DNA from: Takakia lepidozioides
Taxonomy: Eukaryota > Plantae > Bryophyta
Direction of reading: 5' to 3'
Assembly: GCA_030704615.1 (NCBI GenBank)
Contig: CM060733.1
Span: 74,710,001 to 74,774,000, forward strand
Length of the DNA stretch: 64,000 nt
Shown here: piece by piece, positions 51,566-63,300 of the stretch
Position numbering within the stretch: position 1 is the first letter of the stretch
Layout: every line of letters begins with the position of its first letter
Translations under genes and position numbers: made by a program
Notes under the pieces: model-generated
What the model was told of the DNA's origin: nothing
Database searches by the model: none
Seen by the model: the letters and a program-made list of their open reading frames with translations, nothing else

Positions 51566-52500
51566 TACGTTGGAAATTCCGGGTCTCTTTCCGTCGATTT
51601 TCATCCGACATGGAGGGCTTCATCCGACATTTAATTGCGCAGTTGGGCAATAAATGTCCACCGCCGTCGGTTTTCATTCGGGCTGGCGACACATGGCTTC
51701 CTGGATACGTACCCTAAATCTCATGCTAATCTTGGCTTAACATGCTATTCGAGGCATGAACCCCAAAAACGGAGATCTTTTTGGCTGGGACTTATGCCGC
51801 CTGAAGGGCGTGGCTCTCCTGAGAGAGACCTCACATCCAGACCGCGGCGGAAGTTGAAAGCTCTGTACTACGGACGACGGCCAATCTCTCGCATGGCCAA
51901 ACTGAAGCTCCAGCAGGAGATTCCAGTGTCTTGCTCACAACCCGCGCCAACTGAAGCCGAGTACTCTCAGGCAAGCCACTTCTGCTTTCGCTTTGTTCGA
52001 TTTCTTTTTTGCTTTCGCTTTGTTGCCTCGCTTTGTTTTTGCATCTTCATCCTGGCTTCGCTGGATGAGTGAACTTTAGATAGTTGAGTGAACCTTACAT
52101 TGTTTGCAATGCGTGTGCAAATCCGGCAGCTGTGGAGAAGGCTGCTTGTGCATGTCATTCTCAGGCAATTGTTGCATTTGTTTTCATTGTTGTTGCATGG
52201 CTCTCCATACTTCCTAAACTTGTTATGTTTTCATTTTTGTTACACGATTCTTGCTATGGTGGTTGCGCTGCTCGTTGCGATGCTGGTTTTTGCACTGATG
52301 TTGGTTTTCACGATTTTTGGGAATCACAGAGTGACGACGAGCCCGGCACGCTGGTGGTATCATCGACAGCTCCAACTCATCGCATGTTTGAATCGCCCAA
52401 CTTGGGGCGAGAGGGCAAACTTCAACCTTTTGTTGGTGGACGGGAGGACTTGCAACGACAGTACGACAGAATAGGCATTGAGGAGGTTGGTGCAGGCAGC

Positions 52501-53152
52501 ATGGCAGGTGAAGGGCGTGAGGACATGAGGACAGCAGATCCGGCAATGGAGGTTGTTCATGCACATGCAGTAGGGCCCGCCCACGCAAAGAAAAAGAAGA
52601 AAGCTAAGCAGACGTCATGTCTGAGGCGGATATGAAGTTGGCCGCTGCCAAGATGTTGGAGGCAACCCACAGCAACATTGGCAGGGTGCTGGGGGGCATG
52701 GTGTACCCGGCCAAGCTTCGAATTCCCCTTTGCCGCTTGGTGTCATTGCAGGTGGTGAGACCTGCCCTCCCAAGCGATATCGACAAGCTGAAATTCTCTT
52801 TCCGGGATGGATATCGAATGGGGTCTGCCGCGTTTTACGTTTCCATTGAGAACGACCACGGAGCTTCCCGTGCCCACACTTCCGATGAGGTGGACAAATG
52901 GGGTCCCCATTGGCAAACGGGAAATGAGGAGTTCGAGAGATCGATTGCTAGTGATCCTCTTTTCCAGCACTTGTCCGGTAAGATGTTCTACGTGTGGGAC
53001 GGCAATCATCGCCTCCTTGCATGGATGGAGCACATTGCCCAAGCCCACCCCAACGACCTCGATTGGCATTTCGCCGTGGATTGTGTTGTGCTGAAGGTTG
53101 CGGGGCCCAAAGATCGCAGTCTTCTCAAAGCTGCAATGGCCGACATCAACTC
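52501..53152 (+). CDS. Exon encoding a ParB/Sulfiredoxin-like domain, preceded by a basic NLS-like run
   Basis: RIPLCRL..VR..DIDKLKFSF..G..FYVS..FYVWDGNHRLLAW; KKKKKAK upstream across a frameshift near 52615; ends at a GTAAGC donor (53153). Confidence 0.7.
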
Positions 53153-53263
53153 GTAAGCTACAACCCCTCTCGGTTTTGGACTTTGAATTTGGAAGTCATT
53201 TCATTGCGAATCCTCATATATGATGAAAATTCCCATTTCAGTATTGTTTGATGGAAATGTGGC

Positions 53264-55208
53264 CGGTGTCGGAGTCGAGACACATTTCCTGCACAAGCAC
53301 ATGTTGAGGTTACAAGCAAGTTACAAATATGGCCAAGAATAATATTCAACGGGACGCGAATTCGTGCAACTCACCTCCCGTATATAGTCGCCGAACTGGA
53401 GGAAACGATAATGCCACCATGCTAGCCAACTGACCATTGCTCCCTCGTGTGATTTCCTTACAGCACCTGACGATGTCCACCAAGCCCGTATGCATGCAAA
53501 TTGTGTCTCTGCATCATCCAAGGTGGGAGCGCGCTTCCACACAAGGCACATGGAACGGTGCTCCTCTCTGAAATCTGGCGCCACGAGCCTGGTTGTGTAC
53601 TGCGAAAGGCTCTGCAGAAAATGGAACCCACAAGATCTCTCCTTGCCTTCCATGGGAACATTGGGGTCTTGCCCGTACACCCTTCGGATGGCAGCCCAAT
53701 TTGCTTGTGCGTTGTCCGCCATGAAACCACGGAAATTGGGAGGGGGCAATCCCGCCTTGGCCATCTGTTCGTTTATTCCCTGCCAAAGAAGCATCTCCGA
53801 TTGTGTGTCCTCTCCTTTCATCTCACAAATAGCAATTGTCATTAGCATCCTGCAGTGGGTGTCGTAGACATGTGCACCCATTGTCACCCACTGATGATTT
53901 GTAATTCGCTTGATATGGTCGAACATGACCCAACTGTTTGACAAGTTCCCACTCGTCATCCTGTCGACCAGTTCGACGCTGCTGCCAGGTCCACACGTGG
54001 ACATTTTGAATACGAAACAACGATCTGCCTCAGTCCCTTGTCCTGGAAACCTACTTCCATGAATGTAGTCATATCCACATCGTCGCTTCACCTCCAGAAT
54101 AGAGTGCATATCCGAGCCACGCCCAATTTTCTGTTTGCATGAGACAATGTGGTTTCGGACATTCGGTGAACATACGTGGGACACCGACTCCAGCAATGCC
54201 TCCATTTCCTTCTCGTCGAGAGGAACTCTATCGGAGCCGTCTTCCGACATAATTCTGGCCAATGCCATCTTATGGGCGGCTTGGAGCTGTATCTGTTTGG
54301 GTTTGGCACCCGGTCTCAACTTAACCTCGTCCTGAACGAGCTGCTCTGCTTCGTGGGCAGCCTCCCGCGAGTTCCCCTCGCCAATTTGTGACAATGGGAA
54401 CCAACGTGTATGCAAGCTCGGGTGAGGTCAGGGAAACGGTGCAACACATAGATCTGCTTGGCATTACAAACAGACATGCAGTGTGGTGGTTCTTTGCAAT
54501 GCGCACACTTAAATGTGGAGTTCGGAACCTTCTCCTGAGCTCGAAATGGTTGATGAGCTGTGCCTGTCCAATCGGTCTCGTTCCTGTGACCTCTGGATTT
54601 AAAGTGGAAGCAAGTTGGGGAGAAACACCGCAACGCGCCCGCACAAACAACGTAGCGCACTCGCACACCATCGAGCATCTTCATGCTGGTGGTTTTGGTA
54701 ACGCACCAAGGATGACCGTCATGTTTTCTATCCATATCTGTCAACATTCCGGACGCCCTCGAGTAGTCCGCCCGAGGAGGGAACTCAAAGAAGATATTAC
54801 CGTCGACGTCGGCGGGAAGGCATGTAACCGATTTAATTGCGAACTTGCTGTAGTCCAATCCGACCAGCTCCGACGGGTGTCCCTCCAGGTGAAGCCCTCG
54901 CAGAATTTCAAGAATAGATCGAACTGCGGTGCTCGTGCTGGGAATATGACTCCCTCCTCCACTGACGTCCATTGAGGACTTGCCTGATCTCCAGGACGAC
55001 CTCGGAACTTCCATGACCTCGTCTGAGTCGGACAGGTTGTGAACAACCCGGTTCTCGCTCGTCTTCATGGATGGGTTCGGCTCTGGATTTACTTCGTTGC
55101 GGACTTCTCTCTTTGAGGTAGCCACTCTCTGATTCGCGGATTGTTTCGTGGAAGGCGCCAGGATAGAAGGTGCATTTGGCGGGCAAATGAAGTCCCCAAC
55201 AGCCCTGT
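53264..55208 (-). pseudogene. MULE transposase copy 3, N-terminal/central part
   Basis: Near-identical to ~47300-49243 including the intron. Confidence 0.88.
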
Positions 55209-56101
55209 GATATTCGGTGCCGAATTTCCGTCCGGGGGTTGAAATGCTACGGCCAAGTGCCGGCCTCTCCCCCCTCCCCGAGTGCATCCGAACCGCCCCG
55301 GATGGAAATTCGGCGCCGTTTTTCCATCTGGGGATGTTTTTATGCCGGCCAGTTTTCGGCTTGACCGCCCGACACGACTTCTTTTGGGGGGGCCCGGATG
55401 GAAATTCGGCGCCGAATCTCCATCCAGGGGATGTTCTCTGTCGCACACGCGCCGGCCTCTACGCCCGAGGCAACTTCATCCGGGCTTCCCCTGTTAGATA
55501 TGGGGTGCCGAATTTCCATTTGGGGGTAGTAATGTGACGGCACGGTGCCGGCTTCTCCCCTTCAGCCGTCATCATCCGGATGGCCCCCCACTTTCTGACT
55601 GCATACCGTTGGCAGTTATTGCGCAAAGACCAGGGGCCGCATTCCGGAGACAAGGTTCATTAACACTTTGACTGTGGATTTTTGAGATAGTTGGCTCCCT
55701 GGATTTACCAGGGGACGCCCGGATGAAGTCGCCTCGGGCGTAGAGGTTGGCACGTGTTCGACAGAGAGCATCCCCTGGATGGACATTCGGCGCCGAATTT
55801 CCATCTGGGCCCTCCCAAAGGCTCGATGAAGGTAAGAAGGTAATTCCTCGCTCAGAATTACCTGCACGAAGGTAATCCATCGATCAGAATTACCTGCAGG
55901 AAGGTAATTCTGAGCGATGAAATATCTGGTGAATGGAAATTCGGCGCCGAATATCCATACGCCAGCGATCCGACTTACCTGCTGGATGGAAATTCGGCGC
56001 CGGATTTCCATCCATCGGGTTTTTGAATTACCTGCAGGATGGAAACTCGGCGCCGGATTTCCATCCATCCGGGATTCCACTTACCTGCTGGATGGAAATT
56101 T
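55209..56101. repeat. Scrambled fragments of the central palindrome arrays and transposase upstream region
   Basis: 55209-55705 is the reverse complement of ~49612-50110. Confidence 0.85.
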
Positions 56102-58247
56102 CCCACGACAAACATGGCCGAATCAGTGCACTCTTTCGGCGTGCCTCCTCTGCAGCGCATCTGGTGGACATCCTCACTGCCACAACGGAGGACATTGTGA
56201 GGTCAATTATGCAGCAATGCAGGTACAACGAGTTCTTGAAAGAGAAACAGTGGGGCTTGGGGCCGGACAGGCAGGAAATGCTGATGCGGACTGCCTCTAG
56301 ATCGAAGAATCCTCGGAAGTGGGGCGGCGGCCTTGCGAGAGGGCCTTCGGGACACGCCATTGTTGCGAAGAGGCCAACATCTGGAAGGAGATGTTCATAC
56401 CCGTCCAGTGAGACGAAGACTTGACGAGGCACCTGACGGAGAAGAGGATTCATGGCGAGCTGACAAGAATATTCGCACGCTCCCTCATGGTCCGGTGATG
56501 TTGCCCGAGGAGGTCTCGTCGAGCACCGCAAGTCCTGCACGTTCAAGATCGCCATCTCCTTTGAGCACAGGGCGCGTGCCCCGGCAACATAACGAGCCAT
56601 CTGTAGTAAAGCAGTACAACATTCCCATTGTGGAGACAAGAGTGTCGGAGTCACAGTGGAGAATTCGAGGACATTGCCGGGCATTTCGAGGGAAGTGCTG
56701 CGCCATCCGGTGGATACGAGAGCACGCTGTGGTGGTGAGATGATTCAGAGGAACCCACACGGTGCTGTACCTGCACCTTGTTTCAGCGGCAGATTTTGAC
56801 TCCCACATTTGCTCACGCCACAACGCAGACATTTTGGTTCTGTAGGCACGATATAATGACCTGTGTATTTGGCAAGCCCAAGCACAGGATTCAGAGAATG
56901 TCGGAGCCTCCGGGCGTCTGGCCTGTTGCACCGGGTTGCAAGCCTCTCTCAGAATGAGGCGGATGCTCTATCTGCAGCAGGATTTCGAATGGGTGCAACG
57001 CATAGACATCCCGGCCCACGCATTTCCGGTTCCTCAGACCCAGCCATTGCAGACTGCTCGGTCCAGTAGAGATGGATTGGACAATTCTGCACATCCCACA
57101 ATGCGATTCGGAAGAGTGAAGAGATGACACCCTCCAACAAGTTGAATGAGACTCGGATTGCCAATGCTCTTGGGATGGCTTGCACTATTCAGAGCTCCGT
57201 GGACGTACCCCCACCCGGCCTTGGGCGTGTGTATCGGATGGCAACGGCCGGCTCGGCTGTACGCGACGATGTATACACAATTACGATTGGAGTGGAGCCG
57301 ACTTGCAATTGTACGGATTCTCGTTGATGGAAGCAAAGAAGGGTTCCAAGTATTATCCGTGCAAGCATCTGTATTACATTTACCTGAAGAGGTTGAGGAT
57401 GAACGTGACTATTGATGACTTTATTCATGCACCGGCGTTGAGCGTGAACGAGCTGCACAAACTCCTCCTTAGGGATTCCCAAATCATGATGGGGCAAAGG
57501 GAATCCTCCATATGGATATTTTCAATTGCATTTTGCTGTATCAGACTTTTTTTGGCAGTGTTTGTAATGAAATGCACCCCAAAACTCCTGGAATGAGGCA
57601 ATATTCCATTCAAACTGAGATCCAACAGAAGCAGTTGTGGGGCCATTTCTGGAAAAATGGCGCCGAATTTCTCTTTTTGGGGCCGAAAACTGGCTAAGTC
57701 CCAACATGCACTGGTACCGTGTCTGGAAAAATGGCGCCGAATTTCTCTTTTTGGGGCGAAAACTGGCTAAGTCCCAACATGCACTGGTACAGTGTCTGGA
57801 AAAATGGCGCCGAATTTCCCTATTTTGCGCCGAAAACTGGCTAAGTCCGAACATGCACTGGAAAAATGGCGCCGAATTACCTGTCATGAGGGGACCTATA
57901 GCCGCGGAATTCGGCACCATTTTTCACCAGAGAGACCTATTACCGCGAAATACGTCGCCGTTTTTTCAGGTTACGGACCCTATTACCGCGAAATTCGGCG
58001 CCATATTTGCACATGTCGGGGGAATTGGCATGAGCGGAAGACGAAATATCATGAGCACAACTGTCAAAACTGCAAGTTTCCCTTCAAGGGGCCGAATAAT
58101 ATATTTGTTTTTCCTGACACATTGCATTAATTATTGTTTTTTATTGTTTTTATTTTCGAAATTTGTACTTCTGCTCATGAAAACCGATTGTCTTACTACT
58201 CTGCTCATGCCGCTCATGCCGCTCATGCTCATGAAATAGCAAACCTC
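56102..58247 (+). mobile_element. MULE copy 3, transposase C-terminal part (SWIM), subterminal repeats and left TIR
   Basis: Reverse complement of 45082-47294 with many indels; ends GAAATAGCAAACCTC. Confidence 0.88.
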
Positions 58248-60123
58248 CCTCAAAGCTGCCAATTGGGTAGTTGGAACATGGGAATTGACATAAGTGACCA
58301 ATAAATGTCCTGCTTATGGAACTCATAAGCATGGCCTGTTGAGGGTCATCATAGTGATCTTGCTGCTGTTCTCCCTGATCCTCAACAATGTGATGTCTCA
58401 CTAACCATTCAGGCCATTGCCCCACCAGATTTTCTTCCCGAACCACTTCATCCGTCACAGGTGCTGCAGTGTCTTGACATTCTACCTGTGGTACCTCCGT
58501 CACAGGTGTGTGTATTATATGCACCGCAGGGTTTCCTCTGGACAACCGCTGCACCTCCGGAATCACTGTTTTCCTGACCAGACCAGAATTTTCATAGAGA
58601 AGGTCCCCCTTCTCAATTTCTGCCACCACCTGTTTTGTAGTGGGGATATCTAACCCTTCTTTCTCCAAATCAATTATTTCTGGTGGAACTGTATGGACAA
58701 CTTGTGGTAACTCTGTGACAAGCCGATCATCTGGCTGTGATGGCTGTGATACTGAAGTAACTTCCTCTTCCCTCTCTGAAGGTCCTGCTTCCAATAATAG
58801 CAGTTCTCTGTGCTGCTGTGCCCCTTTCTGCACAAGAGCTTGGGAAACATTATCATGCAGTTTTCGTGAAGCCAGTGGATCCGCCACTACAGTCTATCCC
58901 CGCCTCTGTCTCTTAGACTGGGGTTGCCCTGCCAGTCCACCCTCACTGTGTGAAGAGCCTTGCTCTTCCATTGCAGTGGTTTCGGTCTCAAACACTCCCA
59001 TCTCCTTTCTTTCCCGAGCATCAAGTATGCAAGGATCAAGAATTATTTGAGCAATGATTGGGCCAGACACTATGATATGAGACTTTGCGACAGTGCCCTG
59101 TAATCTTTTCATCTCCTCTACCAGTGCGTTGTACATTATGTCCGCCCATGCTACCTCTTCTCTTCTCAGGGCTTTGAGTATTTCCTCTGTGAAGGATCTG
59201 CTCAAATACTGTTGGTTCTGTTTCATGGCAAACAGAACGTTCAATACTTGGCCTACCTCCCTTAGCCCTGGGTAGACGGCCTTGGTACAAGCATAACCCT
59301 GAGTTTTAAAGAAACTCCCTTCTTGGAATAAGTCCCCTATTTGCAGTCTTGCCCTGTGCTCCTCCACATGCACCTGACCTGATGGCAATTCAAACAATTG
59401 CTGTAGGTATAGGGGAGTAATTTCTAATTCAACTCCCTTCACCGTTGTTGCTTCTGTCCTAGGCTCAAAGTTCTGCAAGAATTGTAACATGTACTGCCTA
59501 TGGTGCAATGTCCAATCTTTGCTTTGCAATCCTTCTAATCGCAGCTCCTTCAGTAACTGAACCGCTTGTGGAGTAGCAATCGTTTGTTTCTGCAGGATTG
59601 TGGTGCTCTTCACCCTGATTTCTTCCATTCCTCTCACTCTCTTCATTCTAGACGCACAGAAAGGTTTTGGCTGTAACAATTGAAGAAATGCGTGCAGGGC
59701 ACAAAGCATAAACGTATGGTTGCCACAAAATGCTATGGGTAATTTCTTGTAAGCCTGCGGGGCTTGCAAACATCGATTAAGAGAAAAGATACTCTCTGTT
59801 CTTCTATCCCCGTGCCACTGCGTAAGTAGTATCGCGAGCGTATAGTCTGTTAGTTCCTCCATAGCTTCAAAGCTATAGCATTGATGGTCTGTCCCGTCGA
59901 GACGCCCGTTACTTGGAACGACGCCGACTCTTGCGCTTAAAATCCCTCCATTTTCTTGATTTCGTTTCTTGGAAATTACCCTTTGCAGATAATTCTGGCT
60001 GGTGATTGGCTGTTGGCTGTGTGATTTGTTTTGTAATTTAATTTCCTTCCATGGATTTTCCACTCTGGATTGTCCACTAGGATAGCACATGTGACATGGA
60101 TTTCGCTTTTCGGTGCTTTTTAA
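58248..60123 (-). mobile_element. Family-B Gypsy continuation with extra 3' ORF
   Basis: Continues the sequence interrupted at 45081; homologous to 12285-13985. Confidence 0.85.
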
Positions 60124-60344
60124 GGGGGCTGCTATTTCATGAGCGGCATGAGCATGAGCGGAAAAAAAAAAAGCATGAGCAGACCATTGTGAGTCCACGG
60201 AAATAGGGTTAGGAGGCACGGAAATAAGGTCATGTGAAGTTGGAATGTGGCACCAGTGGACTTGAAATGCAACATTTTATTGCAAATTTTGTGGCAAGCC
60301 ACGTCTATACAAGTGTGTTCTAACTGTCATAGCCGGAATGGGCA

Positions 60345-63300
60345 CTACTCTCCTACACCCTCCGAGGAACTTGCCCCACCTTCTTCCTCATCCCCCTCAT
60401 CCCCCTCATCCTCCGAGCTCTGTGATGCATTAGTTCCACTATGCCTCTCAAAAATCCCGTCCTCTCCTTGGGGGACTGTCCACCTCACCTCCTGGGAATC
60501 TTCTGCGTCTTCTCCCCCACTTTCCTCAGCAGAATCCAAGACAAATCTACGAGCCCGACGGGCTCTAATAGCTGCTGCCTCCTCCCTCATCTTCATTTTC
60601 TTGAGGCTTGCCTCGTCTAAAATCTGCTGTACACGACTACGTTCGGAACACCTCCTAATGGACACCGAAGCAAGCCGAGCAGCATAAGTAGGAAGGATGT
60701 ACTCCCTTTCTGGACTAGGCATGAAATCCCCCCTGGCAAAAAAAGGCACGTTCCTCGTGCCCATGAACTGCGGTGTAGACGTCCCTCCGGCAGTACTTGG
60801 CATCCTACAGTAAGAACAAATCCACTTCAAGAATGTCAATACCAGCACAACCAGAAAGGGTTTTCAATGAAATAAGAGAGCGGAGGGAGGTGCCTCACGA
60901 AATCTGGAGGCAACTTACAATGCCACCACTCACTCGTAAACCGGGGGCTCCTCGGCCTCGATCCCAACTTCCTCCCCCTGCTCTTTCTCGGATTTTTCCT
61001 CATCCTCCGAGGATGCCTCTTCCTCTTTCGGCAGACGTTCAGCCGCTGCAAGTTCCGAGTTGTGGAGGGCAGTATCTGGCTCGAAGGCGAACACATGTCT
61101 GTCGGACAACGTCCCTGCCCACATTGAAGCACCTGAGGAACAAATCGGGCGGTTAATAGCTTGCGGCATGCAATTGCAATCGGGCCAGGGGACAAACTGA
61201 GCACGTGAAGGCTTACCCGTGCCGCATGTGAGGTCCAGAATCCGCCCTTGGATATCCGAGCACGTCTCCATGAGGGTTTGGATGAAAGCAGGGCTCCGGG
61301 TCCGGCTGTACCGCCACGGTTTGCCTGTCTTTGTGTCCTTCGGCATACTGGAGTGGGGCACATAGTTGTAGAGGACATCGTAGGTTACAGGGTCCACAGC
61401 GGCATCAACAAGACGACCGTCATTGCGGAATTTGAACGTAGACCCTCTCTTCACAAAGCAATATGCCTCAAACATCAATGTCTACACATCCAACAAAGAA
61501 GGGATCAACTCTAGGGTCTACTTAACATACACCACAATATGAAGTGAATACAATAGACTGATAACTTACACTTTGGCCCTCTGTTCGCAACCCCTGTGTA
61601 CTGATGCAGAACCATTTTCTGAGGAGGACCGGGGTGAACTTTTCGGTGTCCACCTTGCCACCGCATTCTCTGTGGTCTTCCCTTTCGTGGCAAGGACAAC
61701 CACACATCCACCGTCATCCAGAAGCATCCCCGCCAGCCCAAACCCGGCTTTCCAGTAGTCCTCAGTAAACCTGTTCCAGGTGGGCACACCATCCAGGCCC
61801 TCCAGCAGCTCCCCATCTGGAATGTCGAGAAGAATCATGTCGCAAGCTCTCTCCACCTCAACCCCCCCCCGAGTGCTCTTGCAATTCGTGCTCACAGCCG
61901 TGAAGAATTCCATCATGGCTTCAAAACCAGGGGTGTCTTTAGGCTCTGTACCGCCAGCCCTCTTCTTGGCTTTCCCCTTCTGCTCCGCCAGAGACTTGCT
62001 GTGTGCCACCTTCTTTGCCCTGGCAGCGAGAGCGTCAAGGAAGCTCTCATTGACGCATTGGATGATGGTTGGAGGTTCTAGCTTTGGCCTGTGCATAAAC
62101 GTCACCGCCGAATACCGCCGTGTAGGCTCGGCCTCAAATGCCAACTTCTTGGCAGAGCCAGTCCCACTCCGAACTGACTTGGGAACCCGGACGACCGGTG
62201 ACTGGGTAGGAGCAACAGCAGTCGCAGGACCTTGAACAAAGTCGTCGTCCGAGTCACTCTCTTGGGTCCCCTCCTGCGCCTCCTCCGTTGCCCCGATGGT
62301 TTTCTTCTTTTTGGGTGTTACTGCCTTCACCTGTTTCCTTGTACTTTTCCTTTGGCCTTTACTCTTCTCATGCAATTTCTCCTGAATTCCTGCCTGAGCA
62401 AGCTCTGCCGCTTTCCTGGAGTTCGCAAGCGCTTTTGCCTCTTTTGCACCCAACGGAGGCAGCGGAGCCCGGTTTCGTCGGAATTCAGCATCCAGCTTCA
62501 ATTGAAACTCGTATGGGTCGAGCGAGCCGGGCGGAAGGTCCACATACCAAGGGCAATCACGCAAATGTTCCAGATGCCACTCCTTCACAATATCGTCAGT
62601 GTACATGGAGTCAGCCCCAGGGTTCCTCCATGCCAGGAAGAATGGTGGCTCGAAAGACAGATGACCTTTCTCCAAAAAGGAGAACTTGCAGTACCTGCAT
62701 TCATGAAAAACACAATGAGGTCCCTGAAATGCATATTCGGCACCATTTTCCCAGGTTGGGGCGGATGTGAGTGGGCCTAGAAATGGAAAAATGGCGCCGA
62801 GTTTCGGTTTTCGGTGACTGCCACCCTAGGGACTTAGCCATCTTGAGAGCCCTGAACTGGAAATTCGGCGCCATTTTTCCCGGTTTGGCCCAAAGATGGC
62901 TAAGTCCCAAAACGGCAATAGGGCCTAGAACTGGAAAAATGGCGCCGAATTTCCAGTTCAGGGCCAGCCACCCTAGGGACTTAGCCCGAAAATGGCTAAG
63001 TCCCTGAACGGCAATAGGGCCTAGAACTGGAAAATGGCGCCGAATTTCCAGTTCGGGCCAGCCACCCTAGGGATCTAGCCCGAAAATGGCTAAGTCCCTG
63101 AACGGCAATAGGGCCTACAACTGGAAAATGGCGCCGAATTTCCACTTCGGGGCCAGCCACCCTAGGGACTTACCCCGAAAATGGCTAAGTCCCTAAACGG
63201 CAATAGGGCCTGGAACTGGAAAATGACGCCGAATTTCCAGTTCAGGGCCAGCCAGTCTAGTGACTTAGCCCGAAAATGGCTAAGTCCCTGAACGGCAATA

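Larger units (their letters stand above)
45082..53263 (-). mobile_element. MULE-like element copy 2, left arm (TIR, transposase, arrays, ParB-like exon)
   Basis: Begins GAGGTTTGCTATTTCATGAGC after cttaaaaag; full transposase; right arm at 60124-64000. Confidence 0.88.

Noticed and set aside
51610-52330. Upstream exon(s) of the ParB-like gene
   Set aside because: Plausible (ATG 51610, GC donor ~51971) but needs a frameshift and has no motif support; not called.
60124-60219. N-terminus of the 441-aa ORF 58894-60219
   Set aside because: Read-through from the MULE TIR into Gypsy sequence.
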